Part shown: positions 43,591 through 54,429 of the stretch, piece by piece
How the letters are laid out: the number at the start of each line of letters is the position of its first letter
Numbering within the stretch: position 1 is the first letter of the stretch
Assembly (NCBI GenBank): GCA_963832405.1
Contig: CAWHUG010000001.1
Span: 375,021-439,020, forward strand
Reading direction: 5' to 3'
Source of the DNA: an uncultured Isosphaeraceae bacterium
Lineage (GTDB): Bacteria; Planctomycetota; Planctomycetia; Isosphaerales; Isosphaeraceae
Length of the DNA stretch: 64,000 nucleotides
Made by a program: the position numbers and the translations under genes
Notes under the pieces: generated by a model
What the model was told of the DNA's origin: nothing
Databases searched by the model: none
What the model saw: only the letters and a program-made list of their open reading frames with translations

Positions 43591-44264
43591 CAGGATCGGG
43601 GTAGACGCAAGACGGATTGCCAGAGAACAAGAGGACGGCGGTGGCGCGGTCGTGCATCATCATGATCGTAGTCCGCCGATCGCACCTTCACCCGAAACAC
43701 GCGGGCACCAAGCAAGGGGAGGACGCTTGGGTTCGGATCAGCTAAAATTACATACTTGATACATGAATACCGTTAGAGAGCGTCCCAGGCCGCGTGCGTT
43801 CGATCGAGGGGAGGACCATGACGTGCGGCGGCCCCATCGTGTCCAGAAAGAACGTCCGGCGCAACCCCTCCAGACGGACCGAAACGGGTTCGGTCGGTGG
43901 ACGTAAAGCGAGACTTGAGAGAAATTTCGGGAAAATCCCCTTGTAAAAAACGACCCAGCACGAGGCCGGACGAATCGATCTTGACACGTCCTCGGGCCGC
44001 GCCGCGGACGCCTCACGCCATTCCATTTCGATCGATTTTTTCTAACATCAAGAGACAGGTCCAGTTCGAGCCAAACAAGGGCCTTTGACTCGCGTCTGCG
44101 GACGGTTCTGGCACATGGCGTGCATAAGGGGCAACCGCCGAGCCGGCACGGATGCCAACGCAAGGAGGCTCAACACGTCGGATCGGCGACTTTCCTTGCT
44201 CCCATCCGGGGAGTGCGAGAGACGGCCCACGCCCTCCGGGGCGCACGACGATACGGAGGTCCTC

Positions 44265-45377
44265 ATGGCTCGGGCGACCAAGCGACGGATGCTCACTGTG
44301 GAATGTCTCGAACAACGCGAAGTCCTCAGCGCGGGAGGTCCCACGCAGGCCGCCCAGTACCTTCTCGAAACCATCAATGATTTCCGTACCAATCCCGGCT
44401 ATGCCGCTCAGTGGGTGCAGAATCATCTTGACCCGCTGATCCAGAGCAACATCCAGGCCTACAATGTGGACCTGCCCGCGGTCCTGAATGCGATTACCTC
44501 GACCACTCCCAAGCAGCCCCTGGCCTTCAATGCCCAGTTGACGGACGCCGCGCAGGGCCAGAGCCAGGATATGGCCCAGAATGGTTACCAGTCGCACACC
44601 AATTCCAAGGGCCAGGATCTCAACGCCCGGTTGAACCAGGTCGGCTACAACGGCGCCACCCGCTCCACCGAAGACGCCTTCGCCTACGCCCAGTCGCCCG
44701 ACAACGCCTTGCAGTCCTTCCTGATCGACTGGGGCGTGCCCGACGCCGGCCACCGCAAGGGCCTCTTCGATGTCGGCGTCTCCGCCCCGAATTCGGCCTC
44801 CGAGGTCGGTATCGGCGTGGCGACCTCCACCAAGGTCGGCCCGCAGGTCGTCACCATTGACTTTGCCCACCGCCCCAGCTCGAGCGTTGATCTCGTCGGC
44901 ACCGTCTATGACGACAGCGCCGGCACCGGCCACTTCGCCCTGGGTTCGGGCATCGGCAACGCCACGATCCGCGTCACCAACCAGCAGACCGGCGCGGTCC
45001 AGACCACCCAGACCTGGGACGCGGGCGGGTATCAGCTTGCCCTCAGCCCCGGCTCCTACGCGGCCACCGCGACCGTCAATGGTCAGAACCTGGGAACCCA
45101 CACCTTCACCATCAACGACCAGAACGTCCACATCGACTTCCGCCTCCAGGATGCCCAGCCCGCCGTCGTCGCCGCGCCGGCCGCCGCGGCGGCTCCCCGC
45201 CAGGCCACCGTGACCACGACTCCCGTCGTCCCCAAGGCCGCCGTCATGACCGCGCCGACGCCCACCACCACCACCAGCAGCGTGAACAGCCAGGCCCCGA
45301 GCTCGGGCCTCCTCGATGATTGGGACCCCAGCGCGACCCCGATCAACTGGTACTCGTCCTGGTCCGGCGCCCATTGA
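44265..45377 (+). CDS. Secreted CAP/SCP/PR-1-like domain protein with a Planctomycete-type N-terminal motif and a C-terminal beta-sandwich plus Thr/Pro/Ala-rich tail
   Basis: GGAGGT RBS. 'MARATKRRMLTVECLEQREVLSAGG'. CAP-like 'GYQSHTN...GQDLNARLNQVGYNG...W..PDAGHRKGLF'. Confidence 0.6.
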   Translation: MARATKRRMLTVECLEQREVLSAGGPTQAAQYLLETINDFRTNPGYAAQWVQNHLDPLIQSNIQAYNVDLPAVLNAITSTTPKQPLAFNAQLTDAAQGQSQDMAQNGYQSHTNSKGQDLNARLNQVGYNGATRSTEDAFAYAQSPDNALQSFLIDWGVPDAGHRKGLFDVGVSAPNSASEVGIGVATSTKVGPQVVTIDFAHRPSSSVDLVGTVYDDSAGTGHFALGSGIGNATIRVTNQQTGAVQTTQTWDAGGYQLALSPGSYAATATVNGQNLGTHTFTINDQNVHIDFRLQDAQPAVVAAPAAAAAPRQATVTTTPVVPKAAVMTAPTPTTTTSSVNSQAPSSGLLDDWDPSATPINWYSSWSGAH

Positions 45378-45393
45378 TCCGCGACGATCCGTT

Positions 45394-45455
45394 CGCACGC
45401 ACAAGGACCGCCCGCAGGCCGGCAAGGCTTGCGGGCGGTCGTTGTGCGTTGCGGT
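45394..45455 (+). terminator. Imperfect 22-24-bp GC-rich hairpin immediately after the CAP-domain gene stop
   Basis: CGCACGCACAAGGACCGCCCGCAG ... CTTGCGGGCGGTCGTTGTGCGTTGCG. No T-tract follows. Confidence 0.35.
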
Positions 45456-45719
45456 CGGTCACCAGTAAGCCGGCCAAGGAAACATAAGGTCCATTATCAG
45501 ACGATGCCGCGCCGTGTCTCCAGAGGGGAAACCTCGCGGTCCCCGTGCCCGGAGCGATGGCCAAGCCCCGCAGGACAGGTCACGCCGTCCCTGGTGTGCG
45601 GCTCGTTGACGTCGCCGTCCGGCTAACTGCGGGATGCTCTCGGCCGCGAATCGCCGGCCGCTGGCCCGCGTTCCTCCTGCGTATTGGCTTCGCCTCGTTT
45701 CCGAGCGGCCGCGCGAAAC

Positions 45720-45905
45720 GGCGGCCCTGGCGGTCCTTCACAATCGATGCGCCCCCGCGGAACACCGCGACCAGCCACGCAAGCAAGGGTGCATGCATAG
45801 AGTGCCGACGCGGAACTGGGTGGGTTGGCACCACCACATGACGTTGTCGCTGCTGGCGGCGTGGTTCTTGGTGGGCGAGACGCGGCGCGGGAAAAAAGCA
45901 GGCAC
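45720..45905 (+). mobile_element. C-terminal remnant (about 60 aa) of an IS701/IS4-like DDE transposase
   Basis: 'RNWVGWHHHMTLSLLAAWFLVGETRRGKK' matches the conserved 'RsW.GWhrH.tL..lAhaFL' tail of these transposases. No upstream DDE core was found. Confidence 0.4.
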
Positions 45906-46042
45906 CGGCCGTGACACTGCCCCAAGCCCGCGCCGGCCTGGCATTGACCTTTCGGAAAGCGTGCCGCTGCGATACCCAGGCCCGCAGTGCGCGGCAACGG
46001 ACGCGCTGGCTGGAGCGCAACGAACTGGCGCGGCTGTACCAC

Positions 46043-46137
46043 TATTACCCCGGCAAGAAAGTAGGTCGGACAATCCTGTCCGACAGGCCGGGGGAGTCGG
46101 ACAGGATTGTCCGACCTACTTTCTTGCCGGGGTAATA
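46043..46137. repeat. Palindromic MITE-like element, family D (TATTACCCCGGCAAGAAAGTAGGTCGGACAATCCTGTCCGAC | mirror)
   Basis: Near-perfect 42-bp arms. A second copy lies at 54327-54429. Confidence 0.85.
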
Positions 46138-46188
46138 CGAACGCTCCGCGCGCGGACTCAGGGCGGAATTGTACGCCGGGGACGATTC

Positions 46189-46807
46189 CTACCGGCGTGC
46201 CTCTTCCGGGGGGCCGTGTCGACGCCAATCTTCCCAGGTGTCGATGTCCCGCCGGACGGGCAACTGGCCGACGGACCAGCCGTGGGACTGCGCAGAGGGC
46301 CAGGTGAGCGGCGAGGGTGGACGGCGTGGACCACGGAATCTTCTCGAAGAAACTCGGAAGATCCCGGGCCGTCCCCACGAGGTAATACCCACCGTCTTCC
46401 GCCGGGCCGAAGACCGCATCCTTCTGCGCCAAGGTCTCGAACGCCGTGCGGACCAGAGGTGTCTCCAGCTCGAGGCAGTCCGTCCCCACCGCGACCACCG
46501 GCGCACCGACCGCGTGGGCCATCGCGAAACCAACGCGCAACCGCTCCCCGAGATCGCCCGCGGGCTGCCGCCACCAGTCGTCCGCCAGCGTCCGCCACGG
46601 CGCGAAGGCCGCTTCCGGGGCGCCGTCGAAGTACCCGACGACGCGGGTCGCATCCCGGAGCGGTTGGAGCTGGTGGAGCACCAATCCAATCCATTCCCGG
46701 TACAAGGCGGCCGCCCGCTCCGCGCCGAGGGACGCGGCCAGACGTGTCTTCACCGTCCCGGGGGACGGGTACTTCAGCAGGACGAGCAGGGTGGGCATTC
46801 CGGTCAC
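46189..46807 (-). CDS. DUF2064-family (TIGR04282-like, GT-A-like nucleotidyltransferase fold) protein; one frameshift near 46290
   Basis: 'MPTLLVLLKYPSPGTVKTRLA', 'GPAEDGGYYLVG' and the C-terminal 'LPVRRDIDTWEDW' (in the alternative frame 46189-46689). Confidence 0.7.
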
Positions 46808-46825
46808 TCCGCATTTCCGGGGCCG

Positions 46826-47862
46826 TCAGGGAACGACTGCGCCCTGGCAACCGGAGCCGGCGCCGGCCGTGCAGCCGTAGCAGTGCTGGCCCACCCGGAT
46901 CGGCCGGCTCCGGAGCGATTCCGCGAAATCCCCGATGTGCCGCGGCCAGCCGGGGGCGAGTGGCAGTTCGAGCATCTGGTTGAAGTCGCAGTCGGAGAGA
47001 TGACCGTCCCAGCCGACCGACAGGGTGGTCCGGCACATCAGGCCCGCGACCGTGGCCGGGTTGAACGCGGCGATCAGAGCCTCCATGTATTGATCGAAAG
47101 CGCCGGTCCGCACGAGATCGTCCAGGAACCGGCTGATGGGCATGTTGGCGATCGTGTGGAGACGGTTGAAGACGATCCCGTAGCGGGCCGCGAGTTCGCG
47201 CCGGTAATCGGCTTCGAGTGTGTCCTGTTTCGGCGGGAGCCGCGGTCCGGCCGGGTTGTAGACGAGCGTCAGATCGAGATCGCTCCCCGGCCAGCCATAT
47301 CCCACTTCGTTCAGCCGGCGCAGAGCCTCGATCGACCGCTCGAAGACGCCGTCGCCCCGCTGGGCGTCGGTATTGCCCGCCGTGTAGCACGGCAGCGACG
47401 CGACGATCTCCACCCGCTGCCCGGCCAAGAATGCGGGAAGGTCCTGATATCCCGGCGCGCACAGGATCGTCAGGTTGCACCGGTTGATGACGTGCGCGCC
47501 CAGACACCGGGCCTCGGCGACCAACCAGCGGAAGTGCGGGTGGAGCTCGGGGGCCCCGCCGGTGATGTCCACGCACGGAATCCGGCGCGCGAAACGGCCT
47601 CCAGGCAAAGCTGCATCGTCGCGCGGCTCATCGCCTCGCGGCGGTCCGGCCCCGCATCCACATGGCAATGGCGACAGGTCTGATTACACCTCTTGCCGAC
47701 GTTCATCTGGAGGATCTGGATGCCCGCGGCGCGCAGGGGATCGAGACTGTGCTCGGACAGGACCTGTCCGAAGGGCGCGTGCCGGTCCCGGGGAGCGAGG
47801 ATCTCGCGTTGCCGGGCGGCGTCCGAGAAGGGATGTCGCTGATGAAGGAGGCTCGATCCCAT
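46826..47862 (-). CDS. Radical SAM / Cys-rich domain protein of the ArsS-like family (TIGR04167-like); one frameshift near 47590
   Basis: 'GKRCNQTCRHCHV' (Cx3Cx2C), 'ITGGAPELHPHFRWLVAEARCLGAHVINRCNLTIL' and a C-terminal Cys-rich 'CYGCTAGAGSGCQG'. Confidence 0.75.
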
Positions 47863-47997
47863 TCCGTCTCCTCAAGAGGGCCTCATCGGGTGCGGGGTGG
47901 GAGTGCCATCCGGGCCTGGTTTGCCACCGGTCTCTCATGTTACCTTCGGTCGCGGGTTCCACACGAGAGGGCCGGGTCGAGGGGATGATACGAGATC

Positions 47998-48750
47998 ATG
48001 GAGAACACCCCGCACGAAGCGCGCAATCCCGCCGTGTCGATCGTGATCCCGACTCTCGACGAGGCGGACCGGCTCGGCGCGACCCTCGACGCGGTGGGAC
48101 GGTTGCGGACGGGGGTTGAAGTCGAAGTCCTTGTCGTCGACGGTGGGAGCCGCGACGAGACGATCGCGATTGCGGAGCAGCACGGCGCCACCGTCGTCGT
48201 CGCCGCGCGCGGTCGCGGAGCGCAGCTCCACGCTGGCGCCGGAACCGCGGAGGGCGCCGTGCTCTGGTTCCTCCACGCCGATACACATCCGCCCCTCGAT
48301 GGCATCGAACAGATTCTGGAGGCGCTCGAAGACCCGCGCGTGGTTGCCGGGAACTTCCGGCTGGCCTTCGACGGTGGCGGCCGGTCGGCGCGATTCCTCA
48401 CCTGGCTCTATCCCCGCCTGCGCTGGCTCGGGATTCGCTACGGCGATTCGGCTCTCTTCGTGCGCCGCGAGGTGTACGCTCGGGCGGGCGGATTCCGCCC
48501 GTTGCCGATCTTTGAGGACCTGGATCTGTTGCGGCGACTCCGCCGATCCGGGCGCTTCGTGTGTGTTCCGAGTACGGTTGTCACCTCCGCGCGGAATTTT
48601 GAGGGCCGGAGCTTCGCCGCGGTGTTCACGCGCTGGACAGCGCTCCAGATCCTCTTCTGGCTGGGCGTGCCGCCACGCGTCCTCGGCCGGTTCTACGGGC
48701 GGCGCGGCCGGAGATGGCGTCGGACGCCGCGGGTGGAGAGCGATGAGGGC
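47998..48750 (+). CDS. Family 2 glycosyltransferase (TIGR04283-like); 3' end uncertain
   Basis: 'VSIVIPTLDEADRL', 'VLVVDGGSRDETIAIA' and 'DSALFVRREVYARAGGF'. The annotated ORF continues as non-native sequence into the next gene. Confidence 0.7.
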
Positions 48751-48805
48751 CTGGACCGCCACGAAAATGGGCGTGGGCGTGAAATTGACCACAAGGAGCC
48801 TTGCC

Positions 48806-51353
48806 ATGAAGCGTCGCGTGTGCGTGTTTTCGATCGTGACCGCGCTGTGCGCACTCGGCGGCCCCGGCCGGGCCCTGGACCTGGCCGACATCCCCGCCGA
48901 CGCCCCCGACGACGCGATCATGGCCCCGCCGGCCGAGATCGCCGAGATGGCCGCGTGGGCCGGGAGTGGCTTCGAAAGCAAGCCGCCGCAGGCCGCGCCG
49001 GACCGGGTCACGCTTCAGGTCAAGCGGCAAGACCACAACGTCATGCGGCTCCGGCAGTCGATCATGGAGTCACCCATCCGCCTCCAGGGCCGCGCGTTCG
49101 CTCATGGTCTCGGCACGCACGCCAACAGCGAGATCGTCGTCGGCTTGCCCCGCGGCGCCCAAAGATTCAAAGCGATGGCCGGTCTCGACGACAATCCCGT
49201 GACCCGCAGCAGCGGCAAGGGCAGCGTGCAGTTCGTCGTGGAGATCGGCGGCAAGGAGGCGGTGCGCACGGCGACCTTGCACGTCGGCGACGAGCCCGTA
49301 GCGATCGATGTGCCGATCCCCGCGGGCACGTCGCAGATCGTCTTGAAAACCGATGCCACCGCCGACGGCACCGGCTGGGACCATGCCGACTGGGCCGATG
49401 CGCAGGTCCTTGCGGTTCAAGGCCGAACATGGTGGCTCGATCAGGGCGACTCCGGGCCGATCCTCGCTCCCGGGGGGCCACCGTTTTCGTTCGTCCTTGG
49501 CGGCAAGTCGTCGGCGCAACTCTTGAAGGACTGGCCGCGCACGGTTGAGAGCAAGCCGCTGCCGGGCAAGACCGTGCACCAGGTCGCGTGGACCGATCCT
49601 CACTCGGGCCTGCGCGTGGCGGCCGAGCTGGCGGTCTACACGCGCTATCCGGCGGCCGACTGGGTGTTGCGTTTCGAGAACACCGGCACAAACGACAGCG
49701 AGATCATCGCGGACATCCAGGCCCTGGATGTCTCGCTCCGGACCAGTCAGGCGGACCGCCCGGGTATGCTGCACACGCTGGCGGGCGACGATTGCAGCCC
49801 GCGGTCATTCGTGCCGCTGGACATGCCTCTCGCCGCGGGCAGCGCCCTTCACCTGGCGCCCAACGGCGGACGTCCGTCCAATGGCACGTTCCCGTTCTTC
49901 AATTTCGAGTATGATGGCCGCGGGCTGTTCGCGGCCATCGGCTGGTCCGGCCAGTGGGCGGCCGCACTCGAACGCGATCGGACCGGATCGACGCGGCTCC
50001 GCGCGGGCATGGAGCGGACCCACCTCCGGCTGCACCCGGGCGAGTCGATCCGGAGCCCGCGGATCCTCCTGATGTCCTGGCAGGGCGACCGGCAGGCCGC
50101 GCACAACCGTTTCCGGCGGCTGATCCTGTTCCACTACACGCCGCGGCAGGAGAACCGCCCGCTGGCCGTACCCATCTTCTGGCAGGGATACGACCGCTAC
50201 AACGCCCACCCGTCCTGGCCTACGGAAGCCGGCCAGCTTCATGCCGCCGCAGTGGCCGCCAAAGCGGGCTGCGAGTTCCTCTGGCTCGACGCCGCCTGGT
50301 TCACCGGCAACTTTCCGAATGGGGTCGGCAACTGGTTCTGCAAGCCCGCCGCGTTCCCGCACGGCCTCAAGCCGGTCAGCGATGCCTGCCACAAGCTGGG
50401 CATGAAGTTCATCGTCTGGTTCGAGCCCGAGCGGGTCGCCCCCGGCACGGCGATCGCGCGCGAGCATCCCGAGTTCGTCTCGGGAGGCACCAACGGCGGC
50501 CTGTTCAAGCTCGACGACCCGGCCGCCCGGCGCTGGCTGGCCGACCTGCTCATCGCGCGCATTCGAGATTTCGGCATGGACTGGTACCGCAATGACTTCA
50601 ACATGGACCCCCTGCCCTTCTGGCGGCAGAACGACCCGCCCGAGCGCCAGGGCATGACCGAGATCCGCTACGTCGAGGGGCACTACGCGCTCTGGGACGA
50701 GATCCGCGCGAGCCGTCCCGGCCTGTTCATCGACAACTGCGCCAGCGGCGGCCGGCGGATCGACCTGGAGACCATCCAGCGCTTCGATCGCCCTCTGGCG
50801 GAGCGACACGGCCTGCACCACGGGCCGCGGTGACTGGCACCAGTCGCAGGCGTTCGGCATGAACTTCTTCCTGCCGCTGCACGAGATCTGCGCCTGGACG
50901 CCTGACGCCTACGAGATGCGCAGCACCTCGGCCGGCGCGATCGTGCAGTACGATTTTCTGGCCCCGGGCTACGCTCCCGAAGCCGCCCGGCAAGCCATCG
51001 CCGAGGTCAAGGCAAACCAGAAGTATTTCTATGGCGATTTCTACCCTCTGACGGCCTGCTCGACCGCGCCCGACCAGTTCCTCGCCTACCAGATGCACCG
51101 GGCCGACCTCGACGCGGGGCTAGTGCTGGCCTTTCGCCGCGCACAGTGCAACACCCTGGCGCTCAGTGTGCCGCTCGGCGGTCTGAAGGCCGACGCCACG
51201 TACGAGGTCACGTTCCTCGACGAACACCGCCAGGCGACCGTCAAGATGATGACCGGCCGGATCATGGCGCACGACTTTCCCCTCATGATCCCGGAACGCG
51301 GGGCCAGCCTGCTGGTCCGTTATCATGAGGCCGGTCCGCGAAGCCCCCAGTGA
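48806..51353 (+). CDS. Secreted alpha-galactosidase (GH36) with an N-terminal NPCBM carbohydrate-binding module; one frameshift near 50830
   Basis: AAGGAG RBS and signal peptide 'MKRRVCVFSIVTALCALGG'. NPCBM-like 'RLQGRAFAHGLGTHANSEIVV'. GH36 'FIVWFEPERV' and 'FIDNCASGGRRIDLE'. The C-terminus is in ORF 50859-51353. Confidence 0.8.
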
Positions 51354-51609
51354 GTGAGGAATGGACCGCCAGCGCGGCGGGGTGGCCGGGTCAAGAACGA
51401 GTGGAAAAGAAGAGACTGTAGCAAGGCGATCGGGACCCGTCTGGCCAGCGGTTGGCTCGGTGCCGTGTGGGACAGCCGCCCCCGGCTGTTCTGATCCGGG
51501 ACAGGGACAGCCGGGGGCGGCTATCCCACATTCGGCTGATTCCGATCCACCCGGCCACCCGTTCGCTGGAACTCACGCCAGAATTCCTGTGTGGCGTGCC
51601 GGGGACTCC

Positions 51610-53395
51610 TCAATGCCCCGGCGCGTCGATTCCCTCTCCCGCAGAGAGAGCCGAAACGGCGCGTTGCGTCTTGGGTATGCTCCGGGACGTGGTGTTGGCC
51701 GCAATGCCTGCGACCCGTACCGCCGTTTCGGGACCGTCGGGCGAGTTCGTTTCGAAGAATGTCGGCGGCTCATAGGTCCAACCGTTCCGCAAGCGTTGCT
51801 CCTCCGACCGCAAGGCTTCTTCGAGGGAGGGACCGACGATCGCCGCGGCCAAGCGGGCGCGCCGACCGAACTCGGCATACAGTTCGTCCTGGACTTCGGA
51901 GATCAAGCGCGACTGATGGGGATCGTCCTGGTATCGGCGCTGGGCGGCCCAGAGCGCCCCCGCATACCCAACGGCGAGAGGGGAGGCCTCATGCGCGAAG
52001 CGATCGCGGATGCGCGGATTGGAGTGGTCCTTGTACGACTTCCAACCGCGCAGCAGCGTGCGGATGATGCGGACGACACTCGGGCCGTTGACCGCGAAGT
52101 CCCGCTCGAACGCGCGCAGCAGGAACTCGCCTTCCTGCCCCTCCCGGATATGAGGGTGCCGGAAATTGAACTTCAGTTGTCCGTGAATGTCCGCCACCGG
52201 TAGTTCGGCCACGCCCAGCAGCGTGCCCTTGGCCTCCTCCGCGGAGTAAAGCGGAGTTCCCGGGATCGGCGTGTAGAGCATGAACTGATGAAAATCCGAG
52301 TTATGGGCGACCGCGTGATCGATGACTTCATCGATGTTCCCGGGCGTGTGCTCCTTGAGGCCGATGATACTGGAACCGAGCACGTGGATGCCGTGGCGTT
52401 GCAGGGCGCACCCGTTGGATCGTGTCGGTCCGCGCAGCTTCGCATACTGGGCGTCCTTTCCCTCCAAGCCCATCCAGACCCACGTCACGCCGAGTGCGAC
52501 CAGTTGCTCGATGGTGTACTGCTGGAGCACGTCCACGGAGCTGAAGACCTTCAGGTGCCACGGCTTGCCGTGCTCCTCCATCAGTCGAAGCAGACGGAGC
52601 GTACGCTCCTTGTTGATCAAGAAGTTCTCGTCCATGACGAAGAAGCCGCGGACGCCCAGGTCCGACTCCAACGCGCACATGATCTCGAACAGTTCGTCGC
52701 CGGTCCGGTAGAACTCGATGTGTTTTCCCTTGCCGCCGAACAGGGCCGACGTGGAGCAGAAATTGCAGCCCTTCGGACATCCCACGGACGGAATGAGCGT
52801 CGCTTCGTCCAACCCGGGGTGGTCGTGAAGGGACACACCCATGATCCGTGACGAAAGGTACGTGATGCTCCGGGGATGAAGAACCGGTTGGTTCTCATCC
52901 TCTCCCAGGAACCTGCGCATCCAGCGCACGCCTTCTCCCTGAACGACATGGTCCACGTTGGCGCATCGTGTCAAGTCCGGCACGTTCGCGATGTGTCCAC
53001 CGACGACGATCGTGGCCTTCGGCTGGTGCTTGCGGATCAGGCGGCACATCCTCCGCACCTTGAACAGGTTCGACATGATCGAACTGATGCCGATGATGTC
53101 GTATTCCCTCGTCCTGAGTTCCTCGACGAACCTCTCTTCCGAGGGAAAGTCGAGCAGCGTGCAGGGGGCCTCGATGTTCACCTGGATGAGCATCAGGCCC
53201 CAGGACCGATGAAAGGCGCGCAGCGAGAAGGCGTGCTGGACCCGTGTCACCTGATTGTGATAGAGCTCCATCGGGTTGATCAGGCGACTGCCGTACGGAT
53301 CATCACTGCGCAAACGGGCCGAAGACGCTGGTCAGCAGCACGCGCGCTCGCGAGCCGAGCGGATGGGCGGGATGGTGGACAGCAGGTTCGGTCAC
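51610..53395 (-). CDS. B12-binding-domain radical SAM enzyme (class B); the N-terminal 30 codons sit in another frame (GTG at 53395)
   Basis: B12-binding 'YDIIGISSIM...KATIVVGGHIA'. rSAM 'GCPKGCNFC'. Recovered N-terminus 'RVLLTSVFGPFAQ'. A lower-GC promoter-like tract at 53400-53500 sits upstream. Confidence 0.8.
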
Positions 53396-54043
53396 GGCTT
53401 TTCCTCTTGCATGCAAATTACCAACTCCCACCAGGCCGTCTTCTTGCCGTCATCTTCATAAAATACACCTGAGAAGACAATAGACACATCAGACAATGCC
53501 GACCGTCGGAGTTCTCCGTGGCACCGCGAACGAAGCGACTTGCGGTCGATATCCGTCGTCACCCCGGGCAACGGTTCGGCCCGGTCGATCGTCGCGGTCG
53601 CCGCCGACGAATGGCACGATCACCCTGACACGGCGCATCTTTCCTATCCTTTCCTTTTTCCCGCCATGCGCAGCAACTCTCTCTAGTATCGGCTCACCGT
53701 CGAGGTTATTCCAGTTCAGGCGAACGCCACAGGCGTCGTCATGATCAGCGGGATGTCCATCTTCCCGGGCGCCCACGTCGTGGTTACCCGAAATCCCGTC
53801 TTCTCGTCCAGGAGGGATCGGATGGCCGTGCGGCAGCCCCAAGGGATTCAACGCCGCATTCTGGGCCAGGGTTTCGTGGGTACAGGTGTTCCCGTGCGGG
53901 GCACGCCCAGGTTTTCCCGCGTAATCCTTCCACCGGCCCTGTTCGCGGCGAATTACTGATCGCTGCGAGGACGTGACCGCGGTGTCTTGGCGGGCCGGCG
54001 TCGCCGACGAGAGTTGGGGCTGCGGCGTCTCGCCGGCGATTAG

Positions 54044-54322
54044 GACAACGACGGGCATGTCGATCTTTATGTCACCAATTTCGGGCCGAATCGGCTCTAC
54101 CGGAACCGGGGGGATGGCACTTTCGAGCAAGTGGCCGAACGGACCGGCGTCGCGGATCCCGGCTGGAGCACCTGCGCCAGCTTCTTCGATGCCGACGGCG
54201 ACGGTGACCTCGACCTGTATGTCGCACATTACGTTCGGGCCTCGATGGACGACGTCGATGTTGAAGCGCTCCGCCTGGGAGCCGAACATCGCGAAGCCGT
54301 CGTGGTGCTTGGAGGTGATCAC
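54044..54322 (+). pseudogene. Fragment of an ASPIC/UnbV-type FG-GAP repeat protein: in-frame TAG inside the conserved GDYDNDG motif, a 1-nt deletion, and truncation by the family D MITE
   Basis: '[63 protein letters not shown]' preceded by 'GD' then TAG (54041-54043). The frame then runs into element D2 and stops inside it. Confidence 0.5.
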
Positions 54323-54326
54323 CAGA

Positions 54327-54429
54327 TATTACCCCGGCAAGAAAGTAGGTCGGACAATCCTGTCCGACTCCCCCGGCCTGTCGGACAGGATTGTCCGACC
54401 TACAGGAGATCTTCTTTGCCGGGGTAATA
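54327..54429. repeat. Family D palindromic MITE-like element (copy 2)
   Basis: Same arms as 46043-46137. Confidence 0.85.

Noticed and set aside
53396-53500. Cobalamin riboswitch upstream of the B12-binding radical SAM gene
   Set aside because: No B12-box-like consensus was recognisable by eye in the leader. Only a lower-GC promoter-like tract was seen.
54230-54322. GH29 alpha-L-fucosidase active-site-like motif '[13 protein letters not shown]...N..V.RGPN' on the minus strand
   Set aside because: It is the antisense of the much longer and more consistent plus-strand FG-GAP/ASPIC match (about 90 residues). The similarity does not continue beyond about 30 residues.
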